DNA of 22,299 nt from contig CAZKED010000021.1 in assembly GCA_964551725.1 (NCBI GenBank), positions 1 to 22,299 on the forward strand, in the 5' to 3' direction. This DNA comes from an uncultured archaeon (GTDB taxonomy: Archaea; Iainarchaeota; Iainarchaeia; Iainarchaeales; DTGL01). Within the stretch, counting starts at the first letter, position 1; the number at the start of each line of letters is the position of its first letter. The position numbers were made by a program, and so were the translations under genes. The notes beneath the pieces are model-generated. The model saw only the letters and a list, made by a program, of their open reading frames with translations. It ran no database searches and was not told the DNA's origin. Below are positions 7,119 through 16,020 of the stretch, in pieces.

Positions 7119-7420
7119 CGGAATGCAATGACAAAAACTGCCCTGTTCACGGCAGTATAAAGGTGAGAGGCAACGTTCTGACAGGAAAGGTAATCAGTGC
7201 AAGGGCAGACAAAACCGTTACGGTCGAAAGGAAGATAATCCAGTTTGTCCAAAAATTCGAAAGGTACAAAAAAATCAGGTCGAGAATTCACGCTCACAAT
7301 CCAAGCTGCATAAATGCAAAAGAGGGCGACATTGTCAAAGTGGGCGAAACCCGGAAAATAAGCAAAACAAAGGGCTTTGTTGTTTTGGAGATTTTGGAAA
7401 GGGCGAGTGGTAAAAAATGA
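7115..7420 (+). CDS. rps17: 30S ribosomal protein uS17
   Basis: CNDKNCPVHG..VRG, KTVTVE, KFERY, HAHNPSC, GETRKISKTK. ATG 7115 forms an ATGA overlap with rnp1. Confidence 0.96.
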   Translation: MTECNDKNCPVHGSIKVRGNVLTGKVISARADKTVTVERKIIQFVQKFERYKKIRSRIHAHNPSCINAKEGDIVKVGETRKISKTKGFVVLEILERASGKK

Positions 7421-7815
7421 GGGCGATTGGAGCGAACGTTGTGAAGAGCCTGCCGCAGAAGGCGCGCTGTGTCTGCACCGACAATTCGGGCGCGAAAGAG
7501 GTGGAAATAATAAGCGTTAAGGGCTTCAAGGGAAAGAAGAGAATGAACCCCAAGGCAGGCATTGCGGACATGGTAAACGTTGTTGTCAAGAAGGGAAAGC
7601 CCGAAATAAGGAAAAAGGTGGAGAGAGCGGTTATCGTGAGGGTGAAAAAGGAGTACAGGAGGAGTGACGGCACGAGAATTGCATTTGAGGATAACGCTGT
7701 CGTTCTGGTTGACGACAAGGGAATCCCAAAGGGGTCGGAAATAAAAGGAGTCATCGCAAAGGAGGTTGGCGAGCGCTGGCCGAAAATAGCCGGACTGGCA
7801 CAGCAAATAGCGTAG
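7417..7815 (+). CDS. rpl14: 50S ribosomal protein uL14
   Basis: DNSGAK, VKKGKPE, AVIVR..KEYRR.DG..FEDNAVV, PKGSEIKG.IAKEV.ERWP. Confidence 0.97.
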   Translation: MRAIGANVVKSLPQKARCVCTDNSGAKEVEIISVKGFKGKKRMNPKAGIADMVNVVVKKGKPEIRKKVERAVIVRVKKEYRRSDGTRIAFEDNAVVLVDDKGIPKGSEIKGVIAKEVGERWPKIAGLAQQIA

Positions 7816-7824
7816 GTGTTTCGG

Positions 7825-8271
7825 ATGAGCTTAAAATCAAAGAAGCCAAAAAAGCAGAGGCGCGCCCTCTATGAAAGGGCAATGCACATGAAAAAGGAAA
7901 ACGTTTCCGTTCATTTGGAGAAGAAACTGGCGAAAGAAACAGGAAGGAAGTCACTGCCTGTGAGAAAGAACGATTCCGTGCTCATAATGCGCGGGGACAA
8001 AAAAGGGGAAAAGGGAAAAGTGAACAGCGTGGACTACGAGCGCGGCAGGGTTTTCATTGAAAAGGTCACAAGAAAAAAGGCGGACGGAACCGAAGCAGCG
8101 GTGCCGATTGCCGCCTGCAACCTCCTGCTTGTAACGCTTGACAAAAGCGACCAGAGAAGGGTCAAGAGGAAAGGCAAACAAGCCGGGAAAAAAGACAAAG
8201 AAGGAGAAAAGCCGGCGGAAGCCGTGGAGAAGAAAGAGGAAAACAGGGAGAAGGAAGGAAAGGTGAAATGA
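7825..8271 (+). CDS. rpl24: 50S ribosomal protein uL24 with Lys/Glu tail
   Basis: SKKPKKQR, LPVRKND.V.IMRG, KKADG. ATG 7825 preferred, with AGGTG SD upstream. Confidence 0.94.
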   Translation: MSLKSKKPKKQRRALYERAMHMKKENVSVHLEKKLAKETGRKSLPVRKNDSVLIMRGDKKGEKGKVNSVDYERGRVFIEKVTRKKADGTEAAVPIAACNLLLVTLDKSDQRRVKRKGKQAGKKDKEGEKPAEAVEKKEENREKEGKVK

Positions 8272-8964
8272 ATGTCCAAGAAAGGGGAAACGAAGGGGCT
8301 TAAAAGGTTCAGGGCGCCCAGAGCAAGGAAACTGAAGAAGAAGGAAGGGAAATGGAGCGTTAGGTCGAGGGCGGGAGCTTACCGTAGCAGTGAATCCGTT
8401 CCTTTGGGCTTTGTTTTAAGGGACCTCGTCGGCGTTTGCAATTCGATGAGGGAGGTCAAAATAACACTCAACGAAGGCAAGGCAAGGGTGAACGGAGTGA
8501 GGAGAAAGGATTACGGGTTCTCGGTGGGATTGTTCGACATCGTTTCCATAGAAGGAGCCAAAGAGGATTACAGAATCGTGTTCGATTTGAAGGGAAGGTT
8601 TGAGATAGAGAAAATGGAGAGAAAGGAAAAGAAGACCAAAATCTGCAAGGTAGTCGGAAAAAAGAAGGTTAAAGGCGGAATGGTGCAGTTGAGCACAAAT
8701 GACGGGAGAACGATAACGGAGGAAAAAGCCGGAGTTAAAGTCGGGGATTCGGTTGAAATTGAACTGCCCGGACAAAAGGTCGTAAGATCGCTTTCCTTCG
8801 GCAAGGGCGCTAAAGCGTATATTATAGGGGGAAAGCACGCAGGAAAGCGGGCGGAAATAACTGAGGTCAGAAAAGGAGAAATAAACAAGCCGAAGCTTGT
8901 ACTGCTCAAAGAGGGGAAGAAGGAATTCCTCACCACCGCGGAGAAAGTGTTTGTTGTAGGTTGA
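8272..8964 (+). CDS. rps4e: 30S ribosomal protein eS4
   Basis: LKR..APR, SVPL..VLRD, VNGVRRKD..F.VGLFD, DGRTI, IIGGKHAG, VFVVG. Confidence 0.95.
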   Translation: MSKKGETKGLKRFRAPRARKLKKKEGKWSVRSRAGAYRSSESVPLGFVLRDLVGVCNSMREVKITLNEGKARVNGVRRKDYGFSVGLFDIVSIEGAKEDYRIVFDLKGRFEIEKMERKEKKTKICKVVGKKKVKGGMVQLSTNDGRTITEEKAGVKVGDSVEIELPGQKVVRSLSFGKGAKAYIIGGKHAGKRAEITEVRKGEINKPKLVLLKEGKKEFLTTAEKVFVVG

Positions 8965-8969
8965 TTGGA

Positions 8970-9476
8970 ATGAATGCAATGAGGGAAATTCGCATTTGTG
9001 CTGTCGTCGTCAATATAGGAGTGGGAAAGAGCGGCGAGGAACTGGACAGAGCGAAAAAAATTCTTGAGAAAATAACGAACAATAAATCTGTTAAGACAAG
9101 GGCGAAAGTGAAGCAGCCCAAGTGGGATATCAGACCCGGACTGGAAATAGGGGTCAAGACCACTCTGCGCGGAAAAAAAGCGGTTGATTTTTTGAAGAAT
9201 GCTTTTGTTGCAAAGGAAAACACTCTGAGCGAGAGAAATTTTGACAGGAACGGCAATTTCGGTTTTGGGGTGAAGGAGCACATTGAATTGCCCGGAGTGA
9301 AGTATGAGCCGAAACTCGGAATAACCGGTTTTGATGTTCTCGTGTCGCTGGAGAGGCACGGTTACAGAGTGAAAAGGAGAAAGTACAAAAAGAAAAGAGT
9401 GGGAAAAAGGCACAGCGTGACAAAACAGGAGGCAATCCAGTTTGTGAAGGAAACATTCAATATTACTGTGGAGTGA
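8970..9476 (+). CDS. rpl5: 50S ribosomal protein uL5
   Basis: [49 protein letters not shown]. Confidence 0.96.
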   Translation: MNAMREIRICAVVVNIGVGKSGEELDRAKKILEKITNNKSVKTRAKVKQPKWDIRPGLEIGVKTTLRGKKAVDFLKNAFVAKENTLSERNFDRNGNFGFGVKEHIELPGVKYEPKLGITGFDVLVSLERHGYRVKRRKYKKKRVGKRHSVTKQEAIQFVKETFNITVE

Positions 9477-9481
9477 TTGGT

Positions 9482-9622
9482 TTGGAGAAAAAGAAAATGG
9501 AAAAGCACAAGTGCAGGATGTGCGGCGCGAAAATCGGGGTTATAAGGAAATACGGGCTCATGATCTGCAGAAGGTGCTTCAAGGAAAATGCGGTAAAATT
9601 GGGGTTTAAAAAGTTTGATTGA
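9482..9622 (+). CDS. rps14: 30S ribosomal protein uS14 (Zn-finger type), absent from the supplied ORF track
   Basis: Manual translation: (L/M)[45 protein letters not shown]. Start may be GTG 9473, TTG 9482 or ATG 9497; stop TGA 9620-9622. Confidence 0.93.
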   Translation: MEKKKMEKHKCRMCGAKIGVIRKYGLMICRRCFKENAVKLGFKKFD

Positions 9623-9635
9623 ATGGTGAGAATGT

Positions 9636-10028
9636 ATGGCTTTAATGGACCCGGTATCAAACGCAATGATTTCCATTAAGAACTGCGAGAAAGCGGCAAG
9701 GAAAGAATGCATTTTCAGGCCTGCTTCAAAGCTCTTGGGCAGGATACTGGAGGTAATGGCCAAGAACCGCTATATCGGGAGTTTTGAGGCGGTGAATGAC
9801 GGAAGAGAGGGGCTTTACAGGATAAAGCTCAACGGAAAAATAAACGAGTGCCGTGCCGTGAAACCGCGTTATACCGTGAAGAAGGACGAGTTCGAAAAAT
9901 TTGAGAAAAGGTTTTTGCCTTCAAAGGATGTGGGAATATTGATTGTTACAACTCCTGAGGGAGTGCTCTCCCACAAGGAGGCGAAGGAGAAGAGAATAGG
10001 AGGCAGGCTGCTGGCATTCGTTTACTAG
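9636..10028 (+). CDS. rps8: 30S ribosomal protein uS8
   Basis: DPVSNA, PASKL, G.INEC.AVKPR, EKRFLP, IVTTPEG..SH.EA..GGRLLAFVY. Confidence 0.97.
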   Translation: MALMDPVSNAMISIKNCEKAARKECIFRPASKLLGRILEVMAKNRYIGSFEAVNDGREGLYRIKLNGKINECRAVKPRYTVKKDEFEKFEKRFLPSKDVGILIVTTPEGVLSHKEAKEKRIGGRLLAFVY

Positions 10029-10036
10029 GTGGTTGG

Positions 10037-10591
10037 ATGAAGAAAGAGGTTGAAATCCCAACAGGAATCGAAGCGGAGGTTTCGGGCAACGTTGTGACAA
10101 TGAAAGCAGGCGGCAAGGAAGAAAAGAGGGAATTCAAGGCAAAAAAAGTAAAAATTTCAAAAAAGAACGGCAAAATTGAAGTGCTTGGAACGGACGAAAA
10201 GAGAAAAACGAACGCTTTGGCGAGCACTGTTGCCTCTCACATAAGGAACATGGCAATCGGGCTTGAAACGGAATACGAGTACAATCTCAAAGCGGTGTAC
10301 TCGCACTTTCCGATGAGCATTAAGGTGGAGGGAAAAAAGGTTATAATAAGCAATTTTGCGGGAGAGAAAAAGCCGAGGGTTTCGCAAATAGTGGGGGAAA
10401 ATACATCCGTTCAAATAAAGGGAAAGGATATCGTGGTGAGGGGAACGAACAAGGAGAAAACAGCGCAGACCGCTGCAAACCTTGAAAAAATCGCAAGGGT
10501 CAGGAAAAAGGATTTGAGGGTTTTTCAGGACGGCATTTACTTGGTAAAGAAAGGCCTCGCCGAAGTGAAGGGAGGCGAAAAGAATGACTGA
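10037..10591 (+). CDS. rpl6: 50S ribosomal protein uL6
   Basis: SHIRNM..G, VYSHFPM, NFAGEKKPR, QTAANLE, KDLRVFQDGIY. Confidence 0.97.
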   Translation: MKKEVEIPTGIEAEVSGNVVTMKAGGKEEKREFKAKKVKISKKNGKIEVLGTDEKRKTNALASTVASHIRNMAIGLETEYEYNLKAVYSHFPMSIKVEGKKVIISNFAGEKKPRVSQIVGENTSVQIKGKDIVVRGTNKEKTAQTAANLEKIARVRKKDLRVFQDGIYLVKKGLAEVKGGEKND

Positions 10592-11117
10592 AAAAAGCCC
10601 CGGGAAAAAGAAGGAGAGGAAGCCACTTAAAAAAAAGAAAGAAAAGGGGAAAGGGAAAAAGAGGGGAGAGCCGGAGAAAAAGGAAGTGAAAGGAAAGGCG
10701 GAAAAACCCGCTTGGAAAAAGGAAAAAAAGGTTGAAGTTCCTGCCACAAAGGAGGAGAAAAAGCTTCAGGAAAAAATAAAAACGAAAACGAGAGCGGAAT
10801 TCAGGGGCAGGTTCGGGAAAAGCTCTATAAGGAGGAAAAGCAGGAAGAAATGGAGGAAATGGAGAAAGCCCAGGGGAATCGACGTTCACTTGCGCCCTTC
10901 GGGGGGCAGGATTCCCAAAAGCGGTTATGGAACTGCCAGAAAAATCCGCGGACTGCATCCCTGCGGAAAAAAGGAGGTTCTCGTGCGCAATGAAGCGGAG
11001 CTTTCCCTTTTGCAGGGAAAAAATGCCGCGGTCAGAATCGCGGGGCGCGTGGGTAAGAAAAAGCGCGCGGCTATAAGGAAGAAGTGCGCCGAATTAGGCG
11101 CGAAGGTGCTGAACTGA
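10584..11117 (+). CDS. rpl32e: 50S ribosomal protein eL32 with a long Lys/Glu N-terminal extension
   Basis: KWRKPRGID, P..GYG, RGLHPCG..EVLV.N, IAGRVGKKKR..I, KVLN. Confidence 0.94.
   Translation: MTEKSPGKKKERKPLKKKKEKGKGKKRGEPEKKEVKGKAEKPAWKKEKKVEVPATKEEKKLQEKIKTKTRAEFRGRFGKSSIRRKSRKKWRKWRKPRGIDVHLRPSGGRIPKSGYGTARKIRGLHPCGKKEVLVRNEAELSLLQGKNAAVRIAGRVGKKKRAAIRKKCAELGAKVLN
10650..10712 (+). repeat. Direct repeat, copy 2 (encodes KGKKRGEPEKKEVKGKAEKPA), in the eL32 N-terminal extension
   Basis: Same reading frame and peptide as 6130-6192; offset 4520 nt. Confidence 0.9.
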
Positions 11118-11128
11118 GTTGGTGTGAA

Positions 11129-11572
11129 ATGAACGCGCAGAAAGCAAAGGAAATTTCGGCAAGAATACTCAATGTTGGGAAGAGCCGGGTCTGGATTGAC
11201 CCCGAGGAAATTGAGAGGGTAAAAGAAGCCATAACCAAGGAGGACGTCAGGGTTCTTGTTGGGGAGGGCGTAATAAAAAAGAGCAGGCGCGAGGCCCAGA
11301 GCCGCGGAAGGGCAAGAAAGCTGGGCGGTAAAAAAAAGAAGGGAAGGAAGAAAGGCGAGGGAAAGAGAAGGGGAAGCCACAAGACAAGGAGCAAAAGGAA
11401 GAAGGCGTGGATTTCCTCCGTCAGAGCGCAGAGGCGCACTCTCACGGAACTCAGGGAAAGCAACCCGAAGGAAGTTGAAAAAATTGGCTACGGAAAGCTT
11501 TATAGGATGGTTAAGGGCGGCTATTTCAAGGGAAAGAAATATGTCGAAAGGAAAGTGAAGGAAGGAAAGTGA
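11129..11572 (+). CDS. rpl19e: 50S ribosomal protein eL19
   Basis: VGKSRVWIDP, AITKEDVR.L, G.RRG, WI..VRAQR, LYRMVKGG.F. ATG 11129 after GGTG. Confidence 0.95.
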   Translation: MNAQKAKEISARILNVGKSRVWIDPEEIERVKEAITKEDVRVLVGEGVIKKSRREAQSRGRARKLGGKKKKGRKKGEGKRRGSHKTRSKRKKAWISSVRAQRRTLTELRESNPKEVEKIGYGKLYRMVKGGYFKGKKYVERKVKEGK

Positions 11573-11578
11573 TTGGAA

Positions 11579-12157
11579 ATGGTTTCAACCCGTGAACTGA
11601 AATTCAGGAGGCGCAGGCAGGGAAAAACCAATTACGCCAAACGGCTTGCATTGCTCAAGTCGGGGAAGACGAGAATCGTGTTCAGGAAATCGAACCGCTT
11701 TGTTTCAGTGCAGTTCGTGGAATTCGGAAAGCGCGGGGATAAAACGGTTGTGGGAGTGAACTCAAAGCAATTGAACAAATTCGGATGGCTCGGGAATGCG
11801 AACATCCCCTCCTCATATCTCACTGGATTTCTGGCGGGAAAACTGGCTCTTGAAAAGGGAATAAAGAGCGCTGTGCTTGACATAGGGCTTATTACGCCTG
11901 CGCTCAAGTCAATGCCTTTTGCTGCCTTGCAGGGAGCGCTGGATGCCGGCATTGAAATCCCGCACGATGACAGCGCCTTGCCGGAAAAGGGGAGAATTGA
12001 GGGAAAGCACATTGAAGCATTCGCCCAGTCTCTGGGCGGGGAAGAAAGGAAAAAAAGGTTTTCGGAATATTCCAAGAAAGGCATTGATGTTGGAAAGCTT
12101 AGCGAGGCTTTCGCGAAGGCGAAGGAAAGAATTGAGAAGGAAGCGGGAGTGAAATAA
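11579..12157 (+). CDS. rpl18: 50S ribosomal protein uL18
   Basis: FRRRRQGKTNY.KRL.LLKS, RKSN, N.PSSYLTG, LDIGL, GALDAG.EIPH, RI.G.HI. Start is ATG 11579 or TTG 11573. Confidence 0.95.
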   Translation: MVSTRELKFRRRRQGKTNYAKRLALLKSGKTRIVFRKSNRFVSVQFVEFGKRGDKTVVGVNSKQLNKFGWLGNANIPSSYLTGFLAGKLALEKGIKSAVLDIGLITPALKSMPFAALQGALDAGIEIPHDDSALPEKGRIEGKHIEAFAQSLGGEERKKRFSEYSKKGIDVGKLSEAFAKAKERIEKEAGVK

Positions 12158-12844
12158 ATGAACAGGGCTGAAAGGGAGAAATCCAAAAGGGAAGAGAGAA
12201 GGGAGAAGGAACTGGTGGAATGGGTCCCCAGAACAGAACTGGGCAGAAAGGTCTTGAACGGGGAAATAAAATCCCTTGAGGAGATTCTTTCAACCAACAG
12301 GAAAATAATGGAACCGGAAATTGCGAATTATTTGCAGGAGCTCGAGGAAAAGGTAATCGATGTTCAGAAAACCGCAAGGGTCGTAAGGGCGGGAAGGAAG
12401 TTCTCTTTCCGCGTTGCCGTTCTCGTGGGAAACAGGCAGGGCATTGTCGGCTTGGGCACTGCGAAGGACAAGGAGAAATGGCCTGCTGTAAGGAAGGCCG
12501 CAAAAAACGCAAAACTAAACCTGGTAATAGTGAAACGCGGCTGCGGGAGCTGGGAATGCACTTGCAATGAAGAGCATTCCGTTCCATTCAAGGTCGTGGG
12601 AAAGAATGCTTCTGTAAGGGTTACGCTCTATCCCGCGCCCAAAGGCGTCGGGCTGGTTGTGGGCGATAATATAAAACCAGTTATGGAGTTTGCAGGAATA
12701 AAGGACGTGTGGAGCAAGACAAGCGGAAGCACCGATACAACGCTTAATTTTGTCCGCGCGGCGCTGAACGCCCTTGAAAACATTTCAAAGGTGAAAGTGT
12801 CCGAAGACATGGAGAAAAAACTAGCGGAGCGTGCCAGGAAATGA
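12158..12844 (+). CDS. rps5: 30S ribosomal protein uS5
   Basis: WVPRTELG, GR..SFR..V.VGN, RGCGSWEC.C...HSVPF, PAPKG.GLV, AGIKDVWS. Confidence 0.97.
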   Translation: MNRAEREKSKREERREKELVEWVPRTELGRKVLNGEIKSLEEILSTNRKIMEPEIANYLQELEEKVIDVQKTARVVRAGRKFSFRVAVLVGNRQGIVGLGTAKDKEKWPAVRKAAKNAKLNLVIVKRGCGSWECTCNEEHSVPFKVVGKNASVRVTLYPAPKGVGLVVGDNIKPVMEFAGIKDVWSKTSGSTDTTLNFVRAALNALENISKVKVSEDMEKKLAERARK

Positions 12845-13302
12845 TTGCTGCAATAAGGGTCAGGGGAAGCATTAACGTGAGAAATGACACAGAAAGCACA
12901 ATGAACCTTTTGGGGCTCTACAGAGTCAACCATTTGGTGCTTTTGCCTGAGGAGAAGCACGTTGTGAAAATGCTTAAGAAAGCAGAAAACTATATTACAT
13001 GGGGCACTGTGAACAGGAAAACACTGGAAAAACTGCTTGAAAACAGGGCCCTGCTCAGGGGGAACAAAAAGCCAAACGCAGAGTTTTTCAAGGATTGCGG
13101 AATAAAATCCTTCGGGGAACTGGCGGGGGGAATACTGGCGGGAAATGCCAAACTGGAAAAGCTCGGAATAAAAAAGGTGTTCAGGCTCAGACCGCCGAAA
13201 AAAGGATTTGAGAGAAAGGGAATAAAGAAGCCCTTTGGGATAGGGGGAGCGCTCGGCGACCGGGGCGAAAAAATAAATGAATTGATTGCGAGGATGCTGT
13301 GA
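12841..13302 (+). CDS. rpl30: 50S ribosomal protein uL30
   Basis: AAIRVRG, L.L.RVNH, YITWG, FRLRPPKKG, GG.LG.RG.KIN.LI.RM. Confidence 0.96.
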   Translation: MIAAIRVRGSINVRNDTESTMNLLGLYRVNHLVLLPEEKHVVKMLKKAENYITWGTVNRKTLEKLLENRALLRGNKKPNAEFFKDCGIKSFGELAGGILAGNAKLEKLGIKKVFRLRPPKKGFERKGIKKPFGIGGALGDRGEKINELIARML

Positions 13303-13311
13303 GGAGAGAGA

Positions 13312-13818
13312 ATGAAAAGGCGCAGGAGAAAGAAGGAAAAAGTCAGAGGGCACAGGACGCACGGAAAAGGCAATACAAAGAACCGCAGGGGAGCGGGCTC
13401 CCGCGGAGGCTCCGGCAGGGCAGGATCGCACAAACACAAGTTTTCAAAGTATTATGCCGATTTCGGCGGACAGAAGGCAATGAAGCCTGCAAAAAAAGAG
13501 CGTTCTATAAATGTTGACATTCTCCTGGAGAGAATTCCCAAATGGCTTGAGAAGGGAAAAGTGAAAGAGGAAGCGGGAGCAATAAAAATCGACGGCAGGA
13601 TTATAGGGTTTGATAAGATTCTGGGAAGAGGAAAGGTTGAAAAGAAATTGTTTTTAGTGAATATTAAGACAACAAAAAGCGCGGCGGAAAAAATAAAAAG
13701 CGCCGGCGGGGTCATTGGAAGCGAATCCCCAAAAGCGGGTGAGGAGAAACCGGCCGGGACAGGAGAGAAAGAAAAGGAAAGCGGAGAAGAAGAAAGCGTG
13801 GAGAATGAAAAGGTGTAA
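13312..13818 (+). CDS. rpl15: 50S ribosomal protein uL15 with acidic/Lys tail
   Basis: RGHRTHG.G..K.RRGAGSRGG.G.AG..KHK, KILGRG, SA.EKI..AGG. Confidence 0.96.
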   Translation: MKRRRRKKEKVRGHRTHGKGNTKNRRGAGSRGGSGRAGSHKHKFSKYYADFGGQKAMKPAKKERSINVDILLERIPKWLEKGKVKEEAGAIKIDGRIIGFDKILGRGKVEKKLFLVNIKTTKSAAEKIKSAGGVIGSESPKAGEEKPAGTGEKEKESGEEESVENEKV

Positions 13819-13820
13819 TA

Positions 13821-15218
13821 ATGGGCGTGCTTGACATTTTGGAGCCAGTTTATTCGGTTTTGCCAGCCGTGAGGCCGCCGGAGACCGAGCCTCCGCTCAA
13901 GAGGAAACTCATGTGGTCTGGCTTGGCATTGCTTATATTCTTTATTTTGGGGCAAATCAATGTAGTGGGGCTTGCGGCTGAGGCGGAGGAACAGCTTATT
14001 GGATTCCAGGAAATACTGGCAAGCCAGACAGGCTCGCTTATCACTGCGGGAATCGGTCCCATTGTGCTTTCTTCGATTATTCTCCAGTTGCTCGTGGGGG
14101 GAAAAATAATAGGAATCGATCTGACGAACCCCAAGGACAGGGCAAGGTTCCAGGGACTGCAGAAACTGTTCGCCATAGTGCTCTGTTTTTTTGAAGGAAT
14201 TGTGTATCCCATGTCGGGATTGCTTGCCCCGCAGCCGGGAATGCTTTTCATTGTGGCAGGGCAGATAGCGCTGGGCTCAATAATTCTGCTTTATTTGGAC
14301 GAGGTCGTAAGCAAGTACGGCATCGGTTCTGGCATCGGATTGTTTATTGCCGGGGGGGTTTCAGGGAGGTTTTTCTGGCAGGTTTTTATGATGCCCGGAG
14401 TGAGCCTCGACTTCCCTGCCGGCGGAGCACTTTGGAGGTTTTTGGGTTCTTTCGGAGTTCCTGGAGGACCTTCTTGGGATATACTGCTGCCGATCGTTCT
14501 GGCCCTGGTCATTTTCCTTGTGGTGATTTACGCCAATGCAATGCATGTCAACATTCCGATAACAATGGGCAGAAAGGGAATGGGCGGAAGGTATCCTGTC
14601 AAGTTTTTGTATGTTTCAGTGCTGCCTGTAATTCTTGCCGTTGCCTTGTTTGCAAACGTGAGAATTTGGGCTCTTATGGCAAAGGGCATTCCAGTTGTGG
14701 GACAGGCTATGGCAGGCCTTACGTGGGCAACCGGCTCATCGCTTGAACAGGGCGGGGCAGGGGTTTATGGTCTGTTTACCGACATTTTGAGGCAGGTTGG
14801 GGCAATGGGCTTGTTTGACGGGCTCGCTTTTATGGGACCAAGGGTATTGCAGGGCATTGTGTATCTTGCGCTTTTGGTGGTGGCATGCGTGCTGTTTGGA
14901 AAATTCTGGGTTAAAATGGGTGGGCAGAGCCCAGAGGATGTGGCAAGGCAGTTGCAGAGTTCTGGAATGTACATACCTGGCTTTAGGAGGGACCCGCGAA
15001 TAATTGAAAGGGTTTTGAACAGGTATATTCCGCCTATCACCATTCTCGGAAGCATTTTCGTGGGGCTGCTTGCGGGCATTGGAAACATGGCTCTGGGAAC
15101 GCTTGCTTCCGGAACAGGAATTCTGCTTACCGTCGGAATAGTTTACAGGATTTATGAGGAGCTTGCAAGAACGCAGCTTGTGGACTCTCATCCTTTAATA
15201 AGGAAAATGCTGGGATAG
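13821..15218 (+). CDS. secY: Preprotein translocase subunit SecY (Sec61alpha)
   Basis: GSLITAGIGPIV, LDEVVSKYGIGSGIGLFIA, YPVKFLYVS, IPGFRRDP, RYIP, GTGILLTVGI; multiple TM helices. Confidence 0.97.
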   Translation: MGVLDILEPVYSVLPAVRPPETEPPLKRKLMWSGLALLIFFILGQINVVGLAAEAEEQLIGFQEILASQTGSLITAGIGPIVLSSIILQLLVGGKIIGIDLTNPKDRARFQGLQKLFAIVLCFFEGIVYPMSGLLAPQPGMLFIVAGQIALGSIILLYLDEVVSKYGIGSGIGLFIAGGVSGRFFWQVFMMPGVSLDFPAGGALWRFLGSFGVPGGPSWDILLPIVLALVIFLVVIYANAMHVNIPITMGRKGMGGRYPVKFLYVSVLPVILAVALFANVRIWALMAKGIPVVGQAMAGLTWATGSSLEQGGAGVYGLFTDILRQVGAMGLFDGLAFMGPRVLQGIVYLALLVVACVLFGKFWVKMGGQSPEDVARQLQSSGMYIPGFRRDPRIIERVLNRYIPPITILGSIFVGLLAGIGNMALGTLASGTGILLTVGIVYRIYEELARTQLVDSHPLIRKMLG

Positions 15219-15228
15219 TGAGAAAAAA

Positions 15229-15690
15229 ATGGTATGGATTAATCCGGGTGTTGACGTTGCGGTAATCGCGTTTTGCGTAGTGGCGTTTTTTAACATGATA
15301 AGGTGGAAGACTGAGGACAGGGCGCTCATGAAGACTCTTAAAGAGAAGAACAAGCGCGTGAGGGAACTAATGAAGCGCACGGACAAGCATTCAAAAAAGG
15401 AAGTGGAAAAAGCGAACAGGGAACTCATAGAACTCAATATGAGGGTAATGAAGAAAACAATGCCCATTACGCTTGTATCGCTGGCGGTTTTCATGGCTGT
15501 GTTTCCTTTCATAAGGGCTGCCTACGAACCGTTTGTATTCCCTCTGCCCTTTCCCGTTCCCTGGATTGACATGCAGTTCCACACCCAAACGAACTGGCTG
15601 GGGTATTATTTCCTGGTATCGCTGACTTTTTCAGCTGCAGCCGGAGTAATTAAAAAATTGGTTTTGAGGGCAGGGAAAAAAGGTGATTGA
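15229..15690 (+). CDS. DUF106 / EMC3-TMCO1 family (Oxa1/YidC-superfamily) membrane protein
   Basis: TM1, charged coiled-coil, TM2, then LPFPVP..WLGYYFL.S TM3; conserved position downstream of secY. Confidence 0.8.
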   Translation: MVWINPGVDVAVIAFCVVAFFNMIRWKTEDRALMKTLKEKNKRVRELMKRTDKHSKKEVEKANRELIELNMRVMKKTMPITLVSLAVFMAVFPFIRAAYEPFVFPLPFPVPWIDMQFHTQTNWLGYYFLVSLTFSAAAGVIKKLVLRAGKKGD

Positions 15691-16020
15691 ATGGTAAAGC
15701 CCGCTGAAAGAACACTGAAGAAAAAATTCAGGCGCAGAGCGAAAGGAAAAGCCACAGAGTACTTTGAACGCGAGAAAAAAGGGAAGAAAAAATGCGCGCT
15801 CTGCGGAACGGGGATTGCGGGAACAAAAAAAGCGGGAAAAGCGAGAAAGGAAAGCAAAAGCCAGAAGAGACCCTCGGCTCCGTTCGGAGGCGAACTCTGC
15901 AACAGGTGCAGGCACGCAGTGGTGCAGGAAGCAATTAAGGTCAGGGAAGGAATAAAAAAGGAGAGCGATGTGGGAATGAAGCAGAGGAGGCTTGTAAAAA
16001 TATTGAGTGAAAAAAAATGA
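15691..16020 (+). CDS. rpl34e: 50S ribosomal protein eL34
   Basis: KCALCG, SKSQKRPSAPFGGELC.RC. Confidence 0.92.
   Translation: MVKPAERTLKKKFRRRAKGKATEYFEREKKGKKKCALCGTGIAGTKKAGKARKESKSQKRPSAPFGGELCNRCRHAVVQEAIKVREGIKKESDVGMKQRRLVKILSEKK

Noticed and set aside
5679-7297. Long minus-strand ORFs (5679-6560, 5903-7297) and similar antisense ORFs throughout, e.g. 8568-9413, 15606-16418, 16769-17653
   Set aside because: They are Phe/Ser/Leu-rich mirror images of A/G-rich sense genes. They lie fully opposite clear r-protein genes and have no recognisable motifs.
13821-15690. Compositional shift (more T, fewer A-runs) that might indicate horizontal transfer
   Set aside because: It is explained by hydrophobic codons of the membrane proteins SecY and DUF106 in their normal syntenic position.
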